Shown: positions 28,749 to 38,655 of the stretch, piece after piece
How positions within the stretch are numbered: the first letter of the stretch is position 1
Layout of the letters: each line of letters opens with the position of its first letter
From: an uncultured candidate division Zixibacteria bacterium
GTDB taxonomy: Bacteria; Zixibacteria; MSB-5A5; GN15; FEB-12
NCBI GenBank assembly: GCA_963806185.1
Contig: CAWDXE010000003.1
Location: 276,619-340,618, forward strand
DNA: 64,000 bases
Direction: 5' to 3'
The notes under the pieces: generated by a model
The model's database searches: none
Told to the model about the DNA's origin: nothing
The model's input: only the letters and a program-made list of their open reading frames with translations
Translations under genes and position numbers: made by a program

Positions 28749-30852
28749 CTTTGGCCTCTTTCTCATCCGTAAGCGGTTCGGCCTGGCATTGCAGGACAAT
28801 TTCCATTGTCGAGTTGAGCATCTCCCCCGGAGGCAACGATTGCAGCCGCACCAGGCCGTTTCCCTGGAGGCTGAATTTCACTCCGGCATGACTGAGATAC
28901 GCGGCGGCGCGACGGGCAGGCAGGCCGACCAGGTCGGCCATCATCAGCGGTTCATTGCGGGAATTTGTAGCCACAACCAGTACCTCGTCGTTGGCGATTA
29001 CCTCACGAGAGGCCGGCGGGTACTGCCATACGATCTTCCCTCCCTCAGTTGTACACCTGAGACGAAGTCCGCGTTGCGAGAGAATTCGCAGCGCCTTGGC
29101 AACGGTCATTCCGGTCAGGTCCGGAACACTTCTCAGCCCCGAGGCCGAATCCGCCTTGGCCATAAGTGTCCGCTCGGGGGTCGGGAACATGTCAGGATTG
29201 ATTTGCACATACCGCTCGGCGATCGACTTGAAGACCGGGCCGGCGGTCCACCCGCCGTAGTGATTTGGCTCCGGTTCGCTGAAGACGACGACACCCGAGA
29301 CGACCGGCTTTGGGTAGGGAAAGAAACCGCCGAACGTGGCGGTGAATTTGTTCTTGAAGTACCGCTTGTTTTTCAGGTCGGGAATTTCCGCCGTGCCGGT
29401 CTTGCCGGCGATGGCAATGATGTCGCTTCGCACCTGGGTGGCCGTACCGGTATCAACCACGCCCTTCAAGATTGCCTGGAGCGTGTCAACGGACGAACGC
29501 TTGAGCGATTGAGCCAGTACTTCGCGCGGCGGCTTATTGATGACGAATCCATTGTCGTCAACCTCGCCAAGAATGAGATGCGGGCGGACAAGCTCGCCGC
29601 CATTGGCAATACAGCCAAACCCGTTGGCCAGCTGCAGGGCATTGACGGCCACCGAATGTCCCATCGCCAGGGCTGCGACATTGTAATCCGACCATTTGTG
29701 CGGCTTGGGCAGCGCACCGGCTGTCTCACCGGGCAAACCACACTTGAGCTTTTTGCCGAAGCCAAACGCTTTGTAGGTGTCAAAGAGGTCCTCACCTTCG
29801 ACCCGAAGCGCCCACTTGGCTGTACCGATGTTTGATGAGACTTCAATGATCTCACGAAACGTCATCAGTCCATGCTTTTTGTCGTCGTGCAGGGTACGGC
29901 GGCCCATCTTCCATTTGCCGTTCTCGCAATAGACCAGCTCATTGAAATTCACTACTCCGGCGTCAAGCACGGCAGCCGCGGTAAATGCCTTGAACACCGA
30001 TCCGGGCTCGAACTGATCGGAAATGGCGCGCAGCTTGGCCGGTTTGTCCGGATTCTCTTCGTTCGGATCGTAATGAGCCATAGCGAGGATATCACCGCTA
30101 CGGGCATCCTGAAAAACTGCCAGCCCCCACTTGGCGTGGTGTTTCTCCACCCCTTTGCGAAGCTCCTCTTCAACGATTTCCTGCAGCCGGAAGTCAATGG
30201 TCAGCACGATCGACTTACCGGTCTGCGGCTTCACCAGCGGTTGTTCTTTGGATTTGTACGTGTTGCGCAGACCGTCGCGAGAAACGTCGGCTATTCCCAT
30301 CGTGCCGGACAGCATCGAATCGTACATCAGCTCAAAGCCGGACTGACCGTTGTTGTCGATGTCCGTGAAGCCAATGACCTGTTTTCCGACCTGGCCGAAG
30401 GGGTATTCACGGTAGAAATCGTCGCGCAAAAATAGTCCGGCCGGGGATTCCGCGGCAATCTTGTCGGCCATCTGATCGTCGATATGGCGCTCGACCCAAC
30501 GAAACTTTTTCGGCTTAAGCTTAAAGCGCTGCTCGGCTGTGCCCTTCTTGAGGTGATACAGATTGTCGAGATAGCTGCCGGCGATTTTCACTTCCGACAC
30601 GTCATTGGGATAGGCATATAACGACGAGCGGAGAACGTTTTTGGCAATCACCCGTCCGTTACGATCATAGAGCAATCCGCGCTCGGCCGGGATCGTGACC
30701 TGTCCGCTCGACTGCTTCTGAACGATTTCCCGGTACCGATCGCCGCTACCGATCTGCAGTTGGGCCAAACGGGCTATGGCCAATCCGAAAAAGAGAACGA
30801 TCAGCACAAAGAGCGCCCCGAGCCGGAATCTCTCCTGACGGGTACGGATCAC
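28735..30852 (-). CDS. ftsI: Class B PBP (FtsI) with PASTA domains
   Basis: RGLLYDRNG, SxxK (GSVFK), SSN, KTG, and C-terminal PASTA-like repeats. Confidence 0.93.
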   Translation of the reverse strand: MIRTRQERFRLGALFVLIVLFFGLAIARLAQLQIGSGDRYREIVQKQSSGQVTIPAERGLLYDRNGRVIAKNVLRSSLYAYPNDVSEVKIAGSYLDNLYHLKKGTAEQRFKLKPKKFRWVERHIDDQMADKIAAESPAGLFLRDDFYREYPFGQVGKQVIGFTDIDNNGQSGFELMYDSMLSGTMGIADVSRDGLRNTYKSKEQPLVKPQTGKSIVLTIDFRLQEIVEEELRKGVEKHHAKWGLAVFQDARSGDILAMAHYDPNEENPDKPAKLRAISDQFEPGSVFKAFTAAAVLDAGVVNFNELVYCENGKWKMGRRTLHDDKKHGLMTFREIIEVSSNIGTAKWALRVEGEDLFDTYKAFGFGKKLKCGLPGETAGALPKPHKWSDYNVAALAMGHSVAVNALQLANGFGCIANGGELVRPHLILGEVDDNGFVINKPPREVLAQSLKRSSVDTLQAILKGVVDTGTATQVRSDIIAIAGKTGTAEIPDLKNKRYFKNKFTATFGGFFPYPKPVVSGVVVFSEPEPNHYGGWTAGPVFKSIAERYVQINPDMFPTPERTLMAKADSASGLRSVPDLTGMTVAKALRILSQRGLRLRCTTEGGKIVWQYPPASREVIANDEVLVVATNSRNEPLMMADLVGLPARRAAAYLSHAGVKFSLQGNGLVRLQSLPPGEMLNSTMEIVLQCQAEPLTDEKEAKDEAG

Positions 30853-31370
30853 TTGTCGGACTCCTTGACTGCCGTTGAGTCGAACTTGAGCGGTCGAATT
30901 GCCGGCGTGATTTCGCTCGCCTTGGCCTCGGTCTCCGAAATGGACGGCAGGTATTTCGCCACCCGTTTGATCGAGCTGATCATGGTAGTGAATTCGTCGC
31001 GCTGCTCAATCACCGTCGCGGGCTTTTTCTGCGGCGGAGGGACCAGCGTCAACAAGCGGTCGGTGTGAACGTGTTCAAGCCCCAGACTGTCAAGTGCGAT
31101 TGTTTCGATGCGAGCAGCCATGGAGAGTTGGTCGATTTCAGATCTGAGCTTGCGTGCATCGTCGATAAGGGTCCGCTGATCCGCCTCAAGGCGGGTAACA
31201 TCCTTAAGCAGATCGAGCACGATCACACGCTGCCAGATATGACCGCAGGCGACGGCGATGGCCAGAATGGTCACCACACCGATCGGGAAGTAACGGTGCG
31301 CGCCAAGCCGTTTTAGGAAACCGGAGCGAAGATCAGCGGACTCTTTGAACCGGCGCACCGAGGGAGCCAT
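30849..31370 (-). CDS. ftsL: FtsL-like cell division protein
   Basis: TM helix + coiled coil between rsmH and ftsI. Confidence 0.7.
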   Translation of the reverse strand: MAPSVRRFKESADLRSGFLKRLGAHRYFPIGVVTILAIAVACGHIWQRVIVLDLLKDVTRLEADQRTLIDDARKLRSEIDQLSMAARIETIALDSLGLEHVHTDRLLTLVPPPQKKPATVIEQRDEFTTMISSIKRVAKYLPSISETEAKASEITPAIRPLKFDSTAVKESDK

Positions 31371-31371
31371 G

Positions 31372-32316
31372 CTAGAGTACCTCCGCGACCCGAAGCTTGG
31401 CCGAACGAGAGCGCGGGTTGCGCCGTTCCTCGTCGGCCGACGGAGTCATGGCTTTTCTGGTGATCAGCCGCATGGTGGGTACGGCACCGCAGACGCAGAC
31501 CGGGAGATCAGCCGGACACGTACACCGCCCACGAGCTTCGGCCGCAAAGTACTGTTTCACCAGGCGATCTTCGAGTGAATGATAAGCAATCACCGCCAGC
31601 CTGCCTCCCTGTGAGAGCATGCCGGCGGCGGCCGGAAGGACGGTACGCAGCTGCTCGAGCTCTTCGTTGACGGCGATGCGCAGCGCCTGGAATACACGGG
31701 CCAGCGACTTGACCACGTGGTGAGCCGGTACGACGGCGCGTACGACGTCAGCGAGTTGCGCGGTGGTGAGGATCATAGTCTTCTGTCGTTCCCTGACAAT
31801 CGCCCTGGCAATCCGGGTTGCCAATCGTTCTTCGCCATAGCGCCAGATGATGTCGGCCAGCGCTCGCTCGTCCAAGCTTGCTATCAGATCCGCGGCTGAC
31901 TGGGCAGCCGACGGGTTCATTCGCATGTCCAAGGGTCCATCGAGGCGGAAGGAGAATCCGCGCGCCGGAGTATCGATTTGATATGAGGAGATTCCCAGGT
32001 CGAGCAGAATTCCGGAAAACCTGCTCTCACCAAACGAACTTGCCAACGTCGTCAGGTCTCCAAACGAAGCCTGGATGACCCGCCGAAATTGCGGAGCCTC
32101 CTCCAATTGACGCGACGCCCGCTCTACCGCCGCGGGATCGCGATCCACGCCGTACAACCGAGCCGTTGGCTCGAGTTGCCGCGCCAGCGCTTTGAGATGT
32201 CCTCCACCTCCTGCCGTCAGGTCCAGGTAAGCACCCGCCCGGTCGGTGATCAGCAGCTGCGTGATCGCCTCTGCCAGCACCGGCTCGTGCCAGGAGCTAT
32301 TCTCCTCGCGGGCCAT
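31372..32316 (-). CDS. rsmH: 16S rRNA m4C1402 methyltransferase
   Basis: HEPVL, DLGISSYQ, GPLDMRM, FQALRIAVN, YHSLEDR, NPRSRSAKLR. Confidence 0.97.
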   Translation of the reverse strand: MAREENSSWHEPVLAEAITQLLITDRAGAYLDLTAGGGGHLKALARQLEPTARLYGVDRDPAAVERASRQLEEAPQFRRVIQASFGDLTTLASSFGESRFSGILLDLGISSYQIDTPARGFSFRLDGPLDMRMNPSAAQSAADLIASLDERALADIIWRYGEERLATRIARAIVRERQKTMILTTAQLADVVRAVVPAHHVVKSLARVFQALRIAVNEELEQLRTVLPAAAGMLSQGGRLAVIAYHSLEDRLVKQYFAAEARGRCTCPADLPVCVCGAVPTMRLITRKAMTPSADEERRNPRSRSAKLRVAEVL

Positions 32317-32782
32317 CGCCAGCGAAGAGTCGATCGGCTACTTCTTCATAACTGCCGGCATACTGCTCCAGGTAATACGCATAGCGCTCCGGATTCCAGA
32401 CCTCTACCCAACGGTTCACGCCGATTATCAGGAGTTCCTTCTTGAGCGCTGCCTCCTGAATCAGGTGACTCGGGACCAGAATCCTACCGTTCTTATCCGG
32501 CGCGACCAGTCCGGCCGCAGAGTAAAACCGGCGACTGAAAAAGCGGAAATCTTTCTGGGTGAAGGGAAGAGTGGAAAAGCGGTTCTGTATTTCCTCCCAC
32601 TCCGGCTGCGGATACAAACTCAAACACCCCTCGAGTCCCTTCGTGAGAATCAGATCCCCATCGAGAAGAGGTTTGCCGGAGTTATCCAACACAGCGCGAA
32701 GCTTCGCCGGCAGAGAGAAACGACCCTTCTCATCCAGAGATGTTTGATACTGGCCGTAAAACCCTGACAGATAAACCTCCAC
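32297..32782 (-). CDS. mraZ: Transcriptional regulator MraZ (start either GTG 32782 or CTG 32770)
   Basis: Two DxKGR/DKNGR motifs; first gene of the dcw cluster. Confidence 0.95.
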   Translation of the reverse strand: MEVYLSGFYGQYQTSLDEKGRFSLPAKLRAVLDNSGKPLLDGDLILTKGLEGCLSLYPQPEWEEIQNRFSTLPFTQKDFRFFSRRFYSAAGLVAPDKNGRILVPSHLIQEAALKKELLIIGVNRWVEVWNPERYAYYLEQYAGSYEEVADRLFAGDGPRGE

Positions 32783-32842
32783 AAATTACCACTATTACCC
32801 AGAATTTGCCTAAATTATCACATTTCTCCCACCACAAGTCAA
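32779..32842 (-). promoter_or_regulatory. dcw promoter with MraZ-binding direct repeats
   Basis: TTGACT-17 nt-GATAAT overlapped by GTGG-like boxes at about 10-bp spacing (32829, 32818, 32809, 32799, 32789, 32779). Confidence 0.7.
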
Positions 32843-33186
32843 GATGTTTTTTGAACACCATTTGAATTTATCGACCACTACATCCTCAAATGATTCAATG
32901 GGTAATCAGAATTCAGAAATTCAGAAACGGCCAACCGATTGCCGTCAAACTGCTCGGACGGAATGATTTTTCTATTGACGAGTATGTTAAAAACGAGAAG
33001 AGCCCGATCTTCCAACCATTTCCAACGAATGTGGAAAACTCAATAGTGTCGGAAGATTTTTCCCCCGAAAGAATAGACAACTGCTAACCGTAGTCTCGAA
33101 AGCGTGTTACCAGGAACCGCCGTGCGGACCTGCACTGATGTACAGATACTTCACCCGACAACGGGTCGCCGAAAAGTGAGCTAATG

Positions 33187-34437
33187 TTATTGCTGTTTCT
33201 TGTTGACGATTGAATTGAGGATCATTTCAAAGCGTGCGGCAAGTCGTTCAGACGAGTATTCTCGGGCGAAATCCGGGTGAACGACATGCGCCGCTCTCTT
33301 TTCTGTCAAGTCGCCATGGATTCGGCAGAGATGCGCGACGGCGCTCGGGATGTCGTCGAACACCATATTACCTTCCCACCCTTTGACAATATCTGCCACT
33401 TCGCCCCGCGGGTTGCCGCGAATGAGCAGCGGGCGTCCGGAAGGCAGCAGGTCAAAAAGCTTGCCCGGAACAAAGTCGTGGCCGGCCGCTTCAGGAATGC
33501 CGAAAGTGATTACTGATGTCTCCGACAACCGGCGCACGAACTGCTCCCGCGGGATTCGGCCGGTAATCTCCACGGACAAAGTAGGCCCCACCGCACTCAG
33601 GACACGATCCAATTCTGTTCGGTCCGTTTGACCGACATGCAGGATTCTCAGAGTGGATGGCGTCAATCCGGCGACGCGTGCGTAGTCAATAATCATCCGG
33701 TACAGCGTCTCAAGCGAATCCGAATCGTGCTGATGTCCCACCACACCAATGGTGAACGGCGCGTCCGGATCCGGCGGCCGCCAGAGCTGCGCGAGTTCTT
33801 CCGCAAATGCGTTGTAGATCACCTCTCCCCCACCCCAGTACTCCGCCACGGAGCGATTGACCGCCGTGATCTGATCGCACTTTGCAGCCAGATCCGCCTT
33901 GAGCTCTTCCGCCCGCGCAATCATGCGTGGACTGTCGTACGACCGTTCGATGCGGTAGGCCGTCCAGTAGTCGCGGAAATCGGCAACCCAGGGCAGTTGG
34001 AAATCCTTCGCAAGTTGACTGCCGATCAGGTGGCAAGAGATCGGCGGCGCCGTCGAAATGATCGCATCATAACGGTAGTTCTCCACCAATTGACGGCCGA
34101 GGCGCACGGCCTTTTTCACCCAGCCGACTTTGGGATCGGGGAAAAACCGGGCGGAAGCACTTCTCGCGCGACTGATATTCGAGCCCCGGACTGTCCGCAA
34201 ACCGAACAAATACATCAGCCTCTGCGGATCCAGCGACCCGGCCCGGAAGATCTTCGATCCATCCAATCCGACCAACAGTTCCGGCTCATAGGCTCGGTAC
34301 GCCACCGATTTCACGGTTAGCACGTGGCAGTCCCAGCCAACTTCCGGAAGCCGCCGGAAGAGATTCAGCGGTCGTCCGACCCCGCCCAGGCCCAGCGGCG
34401 GGAAATAGTAGCATATCAGGAGTACTTTGCGATTCAC
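33187..34437 (-). CDS. Glycosyltransferase family 4
   Basis: ICYYFPP, PWVADFRD, PGKLFD. Confidence 0.85.
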   Translation of the reverse strand: MNRKVLLICYYFPPLGLGGVGRPLNLFRRLPEVGWDCHVLTVKSVAYRAYEPELLVGLDGSKIFRAGSLDPQRLMYLFGLRTVRGSNISRARSASARFFPDPKVGWVKKAVRLGRQLVENYRYDAIISTAPPISCHLIGSQLAKDFQLPWVADFRDYWTAYRIERSYDSPRMIARAEELKADLAAKCDQITAVNRSVAEYWGGGEVIYNAFAEELAQLWRPPDPDAPFTIGVVGHQHDSDSLETLYRMIIDYARVAGLTPSTLRILHVGQTDRTELDRVLSAVGPTLSVEITGRIPREQFVRRLSETSVITFGIPEAAGHDFVPGKLFDLLPSGRPLLIRGNPRGEVADIVKGWEGNMVFDDIPSAVAHLCRIHGDLTEKRAAHVVHPDFAREYSSERLAARFEMILNSIVNKKQQ

Positions 34438-35510
34438 GATTGCCGCGATTGCATTAGAGTCCGCATCAAGTCAATGACCTTGGCGATATTGTCCTCGAAG
34501 ATCGCGCGCTCCTTGACGATCGCGAGGTTATTCCGCCGCATTTCCGGCCGACCGTCGCCCTCGAGAATTGATTCAATTTGACGGCTAACCGCCGCCGGAT
34601 CATACAGTGGATAGAGAAACGCCGTTTCAGGTGTCGCCCACTCACGGACACCTGGGATATCGGCCACAACAGGAATCAAACCCAGAGCCATGGCTTCGAT
34701 AAGCGACACCGGCGATGAATCCGAGGTCGCACTCGACAAGTACACGTCATACGTCGACATCCGTTCGAGATACTGTTCGCGACTATCGGCCTCGTAGTAG
34801 CGAACGCGGTCGCCCACGAGCGACCGGGCCAGCAGTTTGAAGTCACCGAGCTGATTTCCCCAGGAGGGAAACGTGATCTCAATCAGCCCTGCCCTTATCA
34901 TCGGCGCCAGGGCACGCACGAGGAAGGGATTGTTATACACTTTTTCGTGTGGTCGAGGAACCAGGATGCGCAGTGGTTTGCTCAATCGGTAACTCGTCTT
35001 GTGAAATGCAAGGTACGCCCTCTCAATTCCCCACGGGACGATCAGGACCTTGCGCGGACTGGAAAATTCCCGCGCCATTTCAACGAGATACGCGGAGTCG
35101 GCCGTCAGGGCGTCAGCCGCGTTGATCGCATAAGCCGTTTTACGTCGGTGCAGCACCGACTTCTCCGGAACCACAAGAATGTCGGAGCCCCACGCTGAGA
35201 TCAGCAACGGGGCGGATCGCGCAGCGTTGGCCATGGCCGCTGTGAAGCCATAGCCGGAGGCGAAATGAGCATTTACGACATCCGGCTGATACCGACGGAT
35301 GATGGCCCGTATTTCAGTGGCCGCCATGACATAGTGGAATTGCAGAAAGAGTCCCCGGCGTTTGATCTGATGATACCCCAGGGTATCGCCGCGTTCCAGC
35401 GAGGCCAGAAGCACCTGGCATCCCTGTTTGCGAAGTTGCTGGACATACCGCTCGGTATGGAACGAACCGGCGTCGGATAACACCAGTACGCGCGGACGAT
35501 CAACACTCAC
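34434..35510 (-). CDS. Glycosyltransferase family 4
   Basis: VNAHF, AWGSDI, SLIEAMALG, DIPGVRE. Confidence 0.88.
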   Translation of the reverse strand: MSVDRPRVLVLSDAGSFHTERYVQQLRKQGCQVLLASLERGDTLGYHQIKRRGLFLQFHYVMAATEIRAIIRRYQPDVVNAHFASGYGFTAAMANAARSAPLLISAWGSDILVVPEKSVLHRRKTAYAINAADALTADSAYLVEMAREFSSPRKVLIVPWGIERAYLAFHKTSYRLSKPLRILVPRPHEKVYNNPFLVRALAPMIRAGLIEITFPSWGNQLGDFKLLARSLVGDRVRYYEADSREQYLERMSTYDVYLSSATSDSSPVSLIEAMALGLIPVVADIPGVREWATPETAFLYPLYDPAAVSRQIESILEGDGRPEMRRNNLAIVKERAIFEDNIAKVIDLMRTLMQSRQS

Positions 35511-36436
35511 AAGAGTCTTCCCAAACCGGCCAGATGCTGCCAGGTGGTGTACTGGTGCGGAACGCCGCCCCACTTCTCTTTGAATGTCACTAGCGATTCG
35601 GCCGCCCCGCCCGATGAGCCCAGGTTGAGGATTTTCACCCCTTCGGCCGCAAACCGTCGGGCCGCTGCATGGAGAAGAAACTGGTTTGGTTTCAGGGCCG
35701 AGTGCGCTTTGTCCAGATATGCTTGCCAGTGAAGCGCGAGTTCGCCATCGACAAGATATATGTGCGAGGCCGCAGCCTCCTTACCGCACATCACTTGTAG
35801 CCAGTGAACGCGCTTGTCTTCAGTGGCCAGCCTTGCCAATTCGGCAAAGAACTGGTCATTGTACTTCGGCTCGCGTCCGTGGCGCGTTTCGGTCGCATGC
35901 ATAAGCTGCAAGAACGCTTTCATATGAGCCGAGGCCTCAAACGACTCCGCTTCGGCACCGTCGCGCTGCGCCTTGCGAATCTCTGATTGCAGAGCCTTGT
36001 CCGGCGGCTGCCAATCGGGAGTCGAAATATCGACGAGCAGCGTCTCCTGTGGCTGAGGAGTGAAATGAGCCGCGGGGCTTAACTGACCGAAGTAGTCATT
36101 CAGATGGATCTTCACATAACCGTAGTGGTACAGACCGTCCAGCAGGGCCGCGCCCACTTTGGCCGAATCTACCGCATCGTCGGTGAGCGGACATAATGCA
36201 AAGTAACAGCCGTCCGGCATAGCCTGAAATCGTACCACGGGACCTCGTCCAAATTCGACACCGGACATGGCCGCGATGGGCCGGCGCTTGTCGCTTACCA
36301 CCCAGACCACTTCGCGTCCACCCATGGTGTGCCAGAGACGCGCAAATCCCAGCGAATGCCAGAATGAACCAGTATTGAGACGGGCAGCAATTTCCTGGGA
36401 GAGCTGCGATAGGACACAGCGAGTCGCGGTAATCAC
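35507..36436 (-). CDS. GNAT/FemAB-like acyltransferase
   Basis: EIRKAQR, LNLGSS, FKEKWGG, typical of polysaccharide-locus FemAB-like proteins. Confidence 0.75.
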   Translation of the reverse strand: MITATRCVLSQLSQEIAARLNTGSFWHSLGFARLWHTMGGREVVWVVSDKRRPIAAMSGVEFGRGPVVRFQAMPDGCYFALCPLTDDAVDSAKVGAALLDGLYHYGYVKIHLNDYFGQLSPAAHFTPQPQETLLVDISTPDWQPPDKALQSEIRKAQRDGAEAESFEASAHMKAFLQLMHATETRHGREPKYNDQFFAELARLATEDKRVHWLQVMCGKEAAASHIYLVDGELALHWQAYLDKAHSALKPNQFLLHAAARRFAAEGVKILNLGSSGGAAESLVTFKEKWGGVPHQYTTWQHLAGLGRLL

Positions 36437-38655
36437 TTGCGCACCAGCAGGAATTTGCCCCGACCGACCGAACCGTCAATGGCATTCAGGACGAACAGGT
36501 AGACACCGGAGGCAACCGCCGAACCGTCACTGTTTCGGCCGTCCCAGGGCAGGTTCACCGATTGTTCGATCACTTGCTCGCCAGCCAGCGTGAAAATGCG
36601 AATGGTACCCGAACCTGCAAAGTTGAAATTGAGTCGATCGGCTGATGATGAAATGACAAACGGATTGGGAAACGCCCAAATCGAATCGAGATTGCGAGTC
36701 GGGACGCCGATGGTCGTGCTCAATTTCGACAGTCCGCCGCCGGTGGCAATAAAGAGATCCGACGTCAGAGTATCATAGCAGATGCCGCGAACGACATCGT
36801 TCACCAAACCGCTATTCAGAGACGTAAACACTTCAATTTCGCCGGTCGTTCCGTCACGCCGGGCCAAGCCGTTGGAAGCACCCAGCCAGAGATTCCCGCG
36901 CGTGTCAAATTCCATCGCGGAGATGTCCGGACCGAATCCTGCCGGAAGCACCACCGTGCGAAACCGTTCTGTTCCCGGGTCCCAGCGGGAAACACCGAAA
37001 TTCGTCCCGGCCCACAGGGTGCTGTCGGGAGCGTACTTGACCACGCGGACAGTATTTGAAACGAGAAAGCCGGACTCTTCGCTGTACCGTCGGCAGATGG
37101 TTGAACCGGTAAACGGATCACCACCCAGATCACATTCAAATAGTCCGTCAGATTCAGTCGCGACGGCTACTTTGCCGGCAAAGTAGTCGAGCGGACCAAC
37201 GAAAGCGTTGGTGATTCCTTCGCTTAACCCAATCGACGTCCACTCCGTCAGCCAGGGAGATGACGGGCTCAACCGAGCTATGGCAATCGGCTCGTTCAGG
37301 TAGGCGCGATAGCAGGAGGCAAACAAGCACCCGTCACCAACGTCAAGTCCATACAGCACGATATAATTATTGCCTTCCGAGTTCCCTTGCATGGTTGTGC
37401 CAGTGGTGTCGTAGCGTGTCACGTCGCCGGGAGCCATGACGTGGTAAAGTCCCGCCCCAAAGCTTCCGGCCCAATAATCGTCAGCATACCCGGACACCAA
37501 CTGCGTGCCGCGACCACCTACGTCGATCGTGATCTTCTCCCAATCCGATTCTCCGGGGTGAAGGATCTGCACGGCGCCGGGATTGTACAGATGCACACCG
37601 ATTGACCGGTCGGACAATACGGCCACATCGGAAAGGTTGTTAGTCAGCAGTCCGATGTGCGTGTATTCGGTGAGGGCGGATTGATCGCCAGAGAACAGGC
37701 CCTTTGTACCACCGGCGATCCAGCGTGTGGAACCGAGATTGATTCCCGTAATCGCCGGCGCGGGAATGGCGCTGCCGGATGTCACCTGCGTAACGTTGCC
37801 ATTGGCAATCGCCACGATTCCCCCGGAGTAGTAGGCGAAAAGAGTATCGTTGTCTATTCGCTGGTCGTTGACGCGAGCCGTATCGATCAGAGCCGTCCGT
37901 ATCAACGTGTCGGTGGTCGATCGATCAAGCCGGAACAGGCCACGGACAGTTCCAAAATAGAGTTTGTTTTCAAAAGCCGATACGCGACGTACCGTATCGG
38001 TCCCCAACTCGGGATAGGTCGTCGAGCCGTAGACGCTCCAGTTCGCGGGTGCTTTCAGCAGAGTACGATTACTTCGGTCGCCTATCGCCACACCCGCTGA
38101 GGTGGCGATGACAATGGAATCACCGCGCAGCAATACGTCGTAGACAGCCGGGCTGGGATTGAGATTGCCGAATAGTTCGTAGCTGTCTTCAATCTGGCCG
38201 CCATCGATCAATTTGGAAAAGAGCACGAGGCCTTTGTCCGTTCCCAGCCAGAGGAAATCGCCATCGTCGGCGATGCAATGCAGTCGGAAGGGCTGGCCGT
38301 CATTGTCGAAAAACAAGTACGAGTGCGAGGCGGAGCCGTTGAACTTGATGAGCCGCCCCATAGCGGAAAGCCACGTCTGGTCTGAAGCGTCGCGAATCAT
38401 GTCGGTCAGGTCGACCGTGCCCAGTCCATCAAGATTGGTGTGAGTGACTGACGCCTGGGACGGATCGGCGATGGCCATGAGGCCGCCGGAAGTCACGAAG
38501 TACGTGGTGTCGGCGTATTGCCGGACGCGGCGGACATCGAGAAACGAGGTATAGGTCGACCACCGGGGTTCGAAGGCCATCACCTGAGTGGCGAGCAGGA
38601 GGAGGGCGAAGAAGCCAGTCAGGCGGCGAACGTGCGAAACTTGCGAACGAGCCAT
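36433..38655 (-). CDS. Exported beta-propeller protein with FlgD/T9SS-like C-terminal Ig domain (PorZ-like)
   Basis: Signal peptide, repeated LWxGTxxG propeller blades, C-terminal AFPNPF...WDGRN...SGVYLF. Confidence 0.75.
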   Translation of the reverse strand: MARSQVSHVRRLTGFFALLLLATQVMAFEPRWSTYTSFLDVRRVRQYADTTYFVTSGGLMAIADPSQASVTHTNLDGLGTVDLTDMIRDASDQTWLSAMGRLIKFNGSASHSYLFFDNDGQPFRLHCIADDGDFLWLGTDKGLVLFSKLIDGGQIEDSYELFGNLNPSPAVYDVLLRGDSIVIATSAGVAIGDRSNRTLLKAPANWSVYGSTTYPELGTDTVRRVSAFENKLYFGTVRGLFRLDRSTTDTLIRTALIDTARVNDQRIDNDTLFAYYSGGIVAIANGNVTQVTSGSAIPAPAITGINLGSTRWIAGGTKGLFSGDQSALTEYTHIGLLTNNLSDVAVLSDRSIGVHLYNPGAVQILHPGESDWEKITIDVGGRGTQLVSGYADDYWAGSFGAGLYHVMAPGDVTRYDTTGTTMQGNSEGNNYIVLYGLDVGDGCLFASCYRAYLNEPIAIARLSPSSPWLTEWTSIGLSEGITNAFVGPLDYFAGKVAVATESDGLFECDLGGDPFTGSTICRRYSEESGFLVSNTVRVVKYAPDSTLWAGTNFGVSRWDPGTERFRTVVLPAGFGPDISAMEFDTRGNLWLGASNGLARRDGTTGEIEVFTSLNSGLVNDVVRGICYDTLTSDLFIATGGGLSKLSTTIGVPTRNLDSIWAFPNPFVISSSADRLNFNFAGSGTIRIFTLAGEQVIEQSVNLPWDGRNSDGSAVASGVYLFVLNAIDGSVGRGKFLLVRK

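Noticed and set aside
16365..32782. Absence of murB and ddl from the dcw cluster
   Set aside because: This is common variation; these genes are often located elsewhere.
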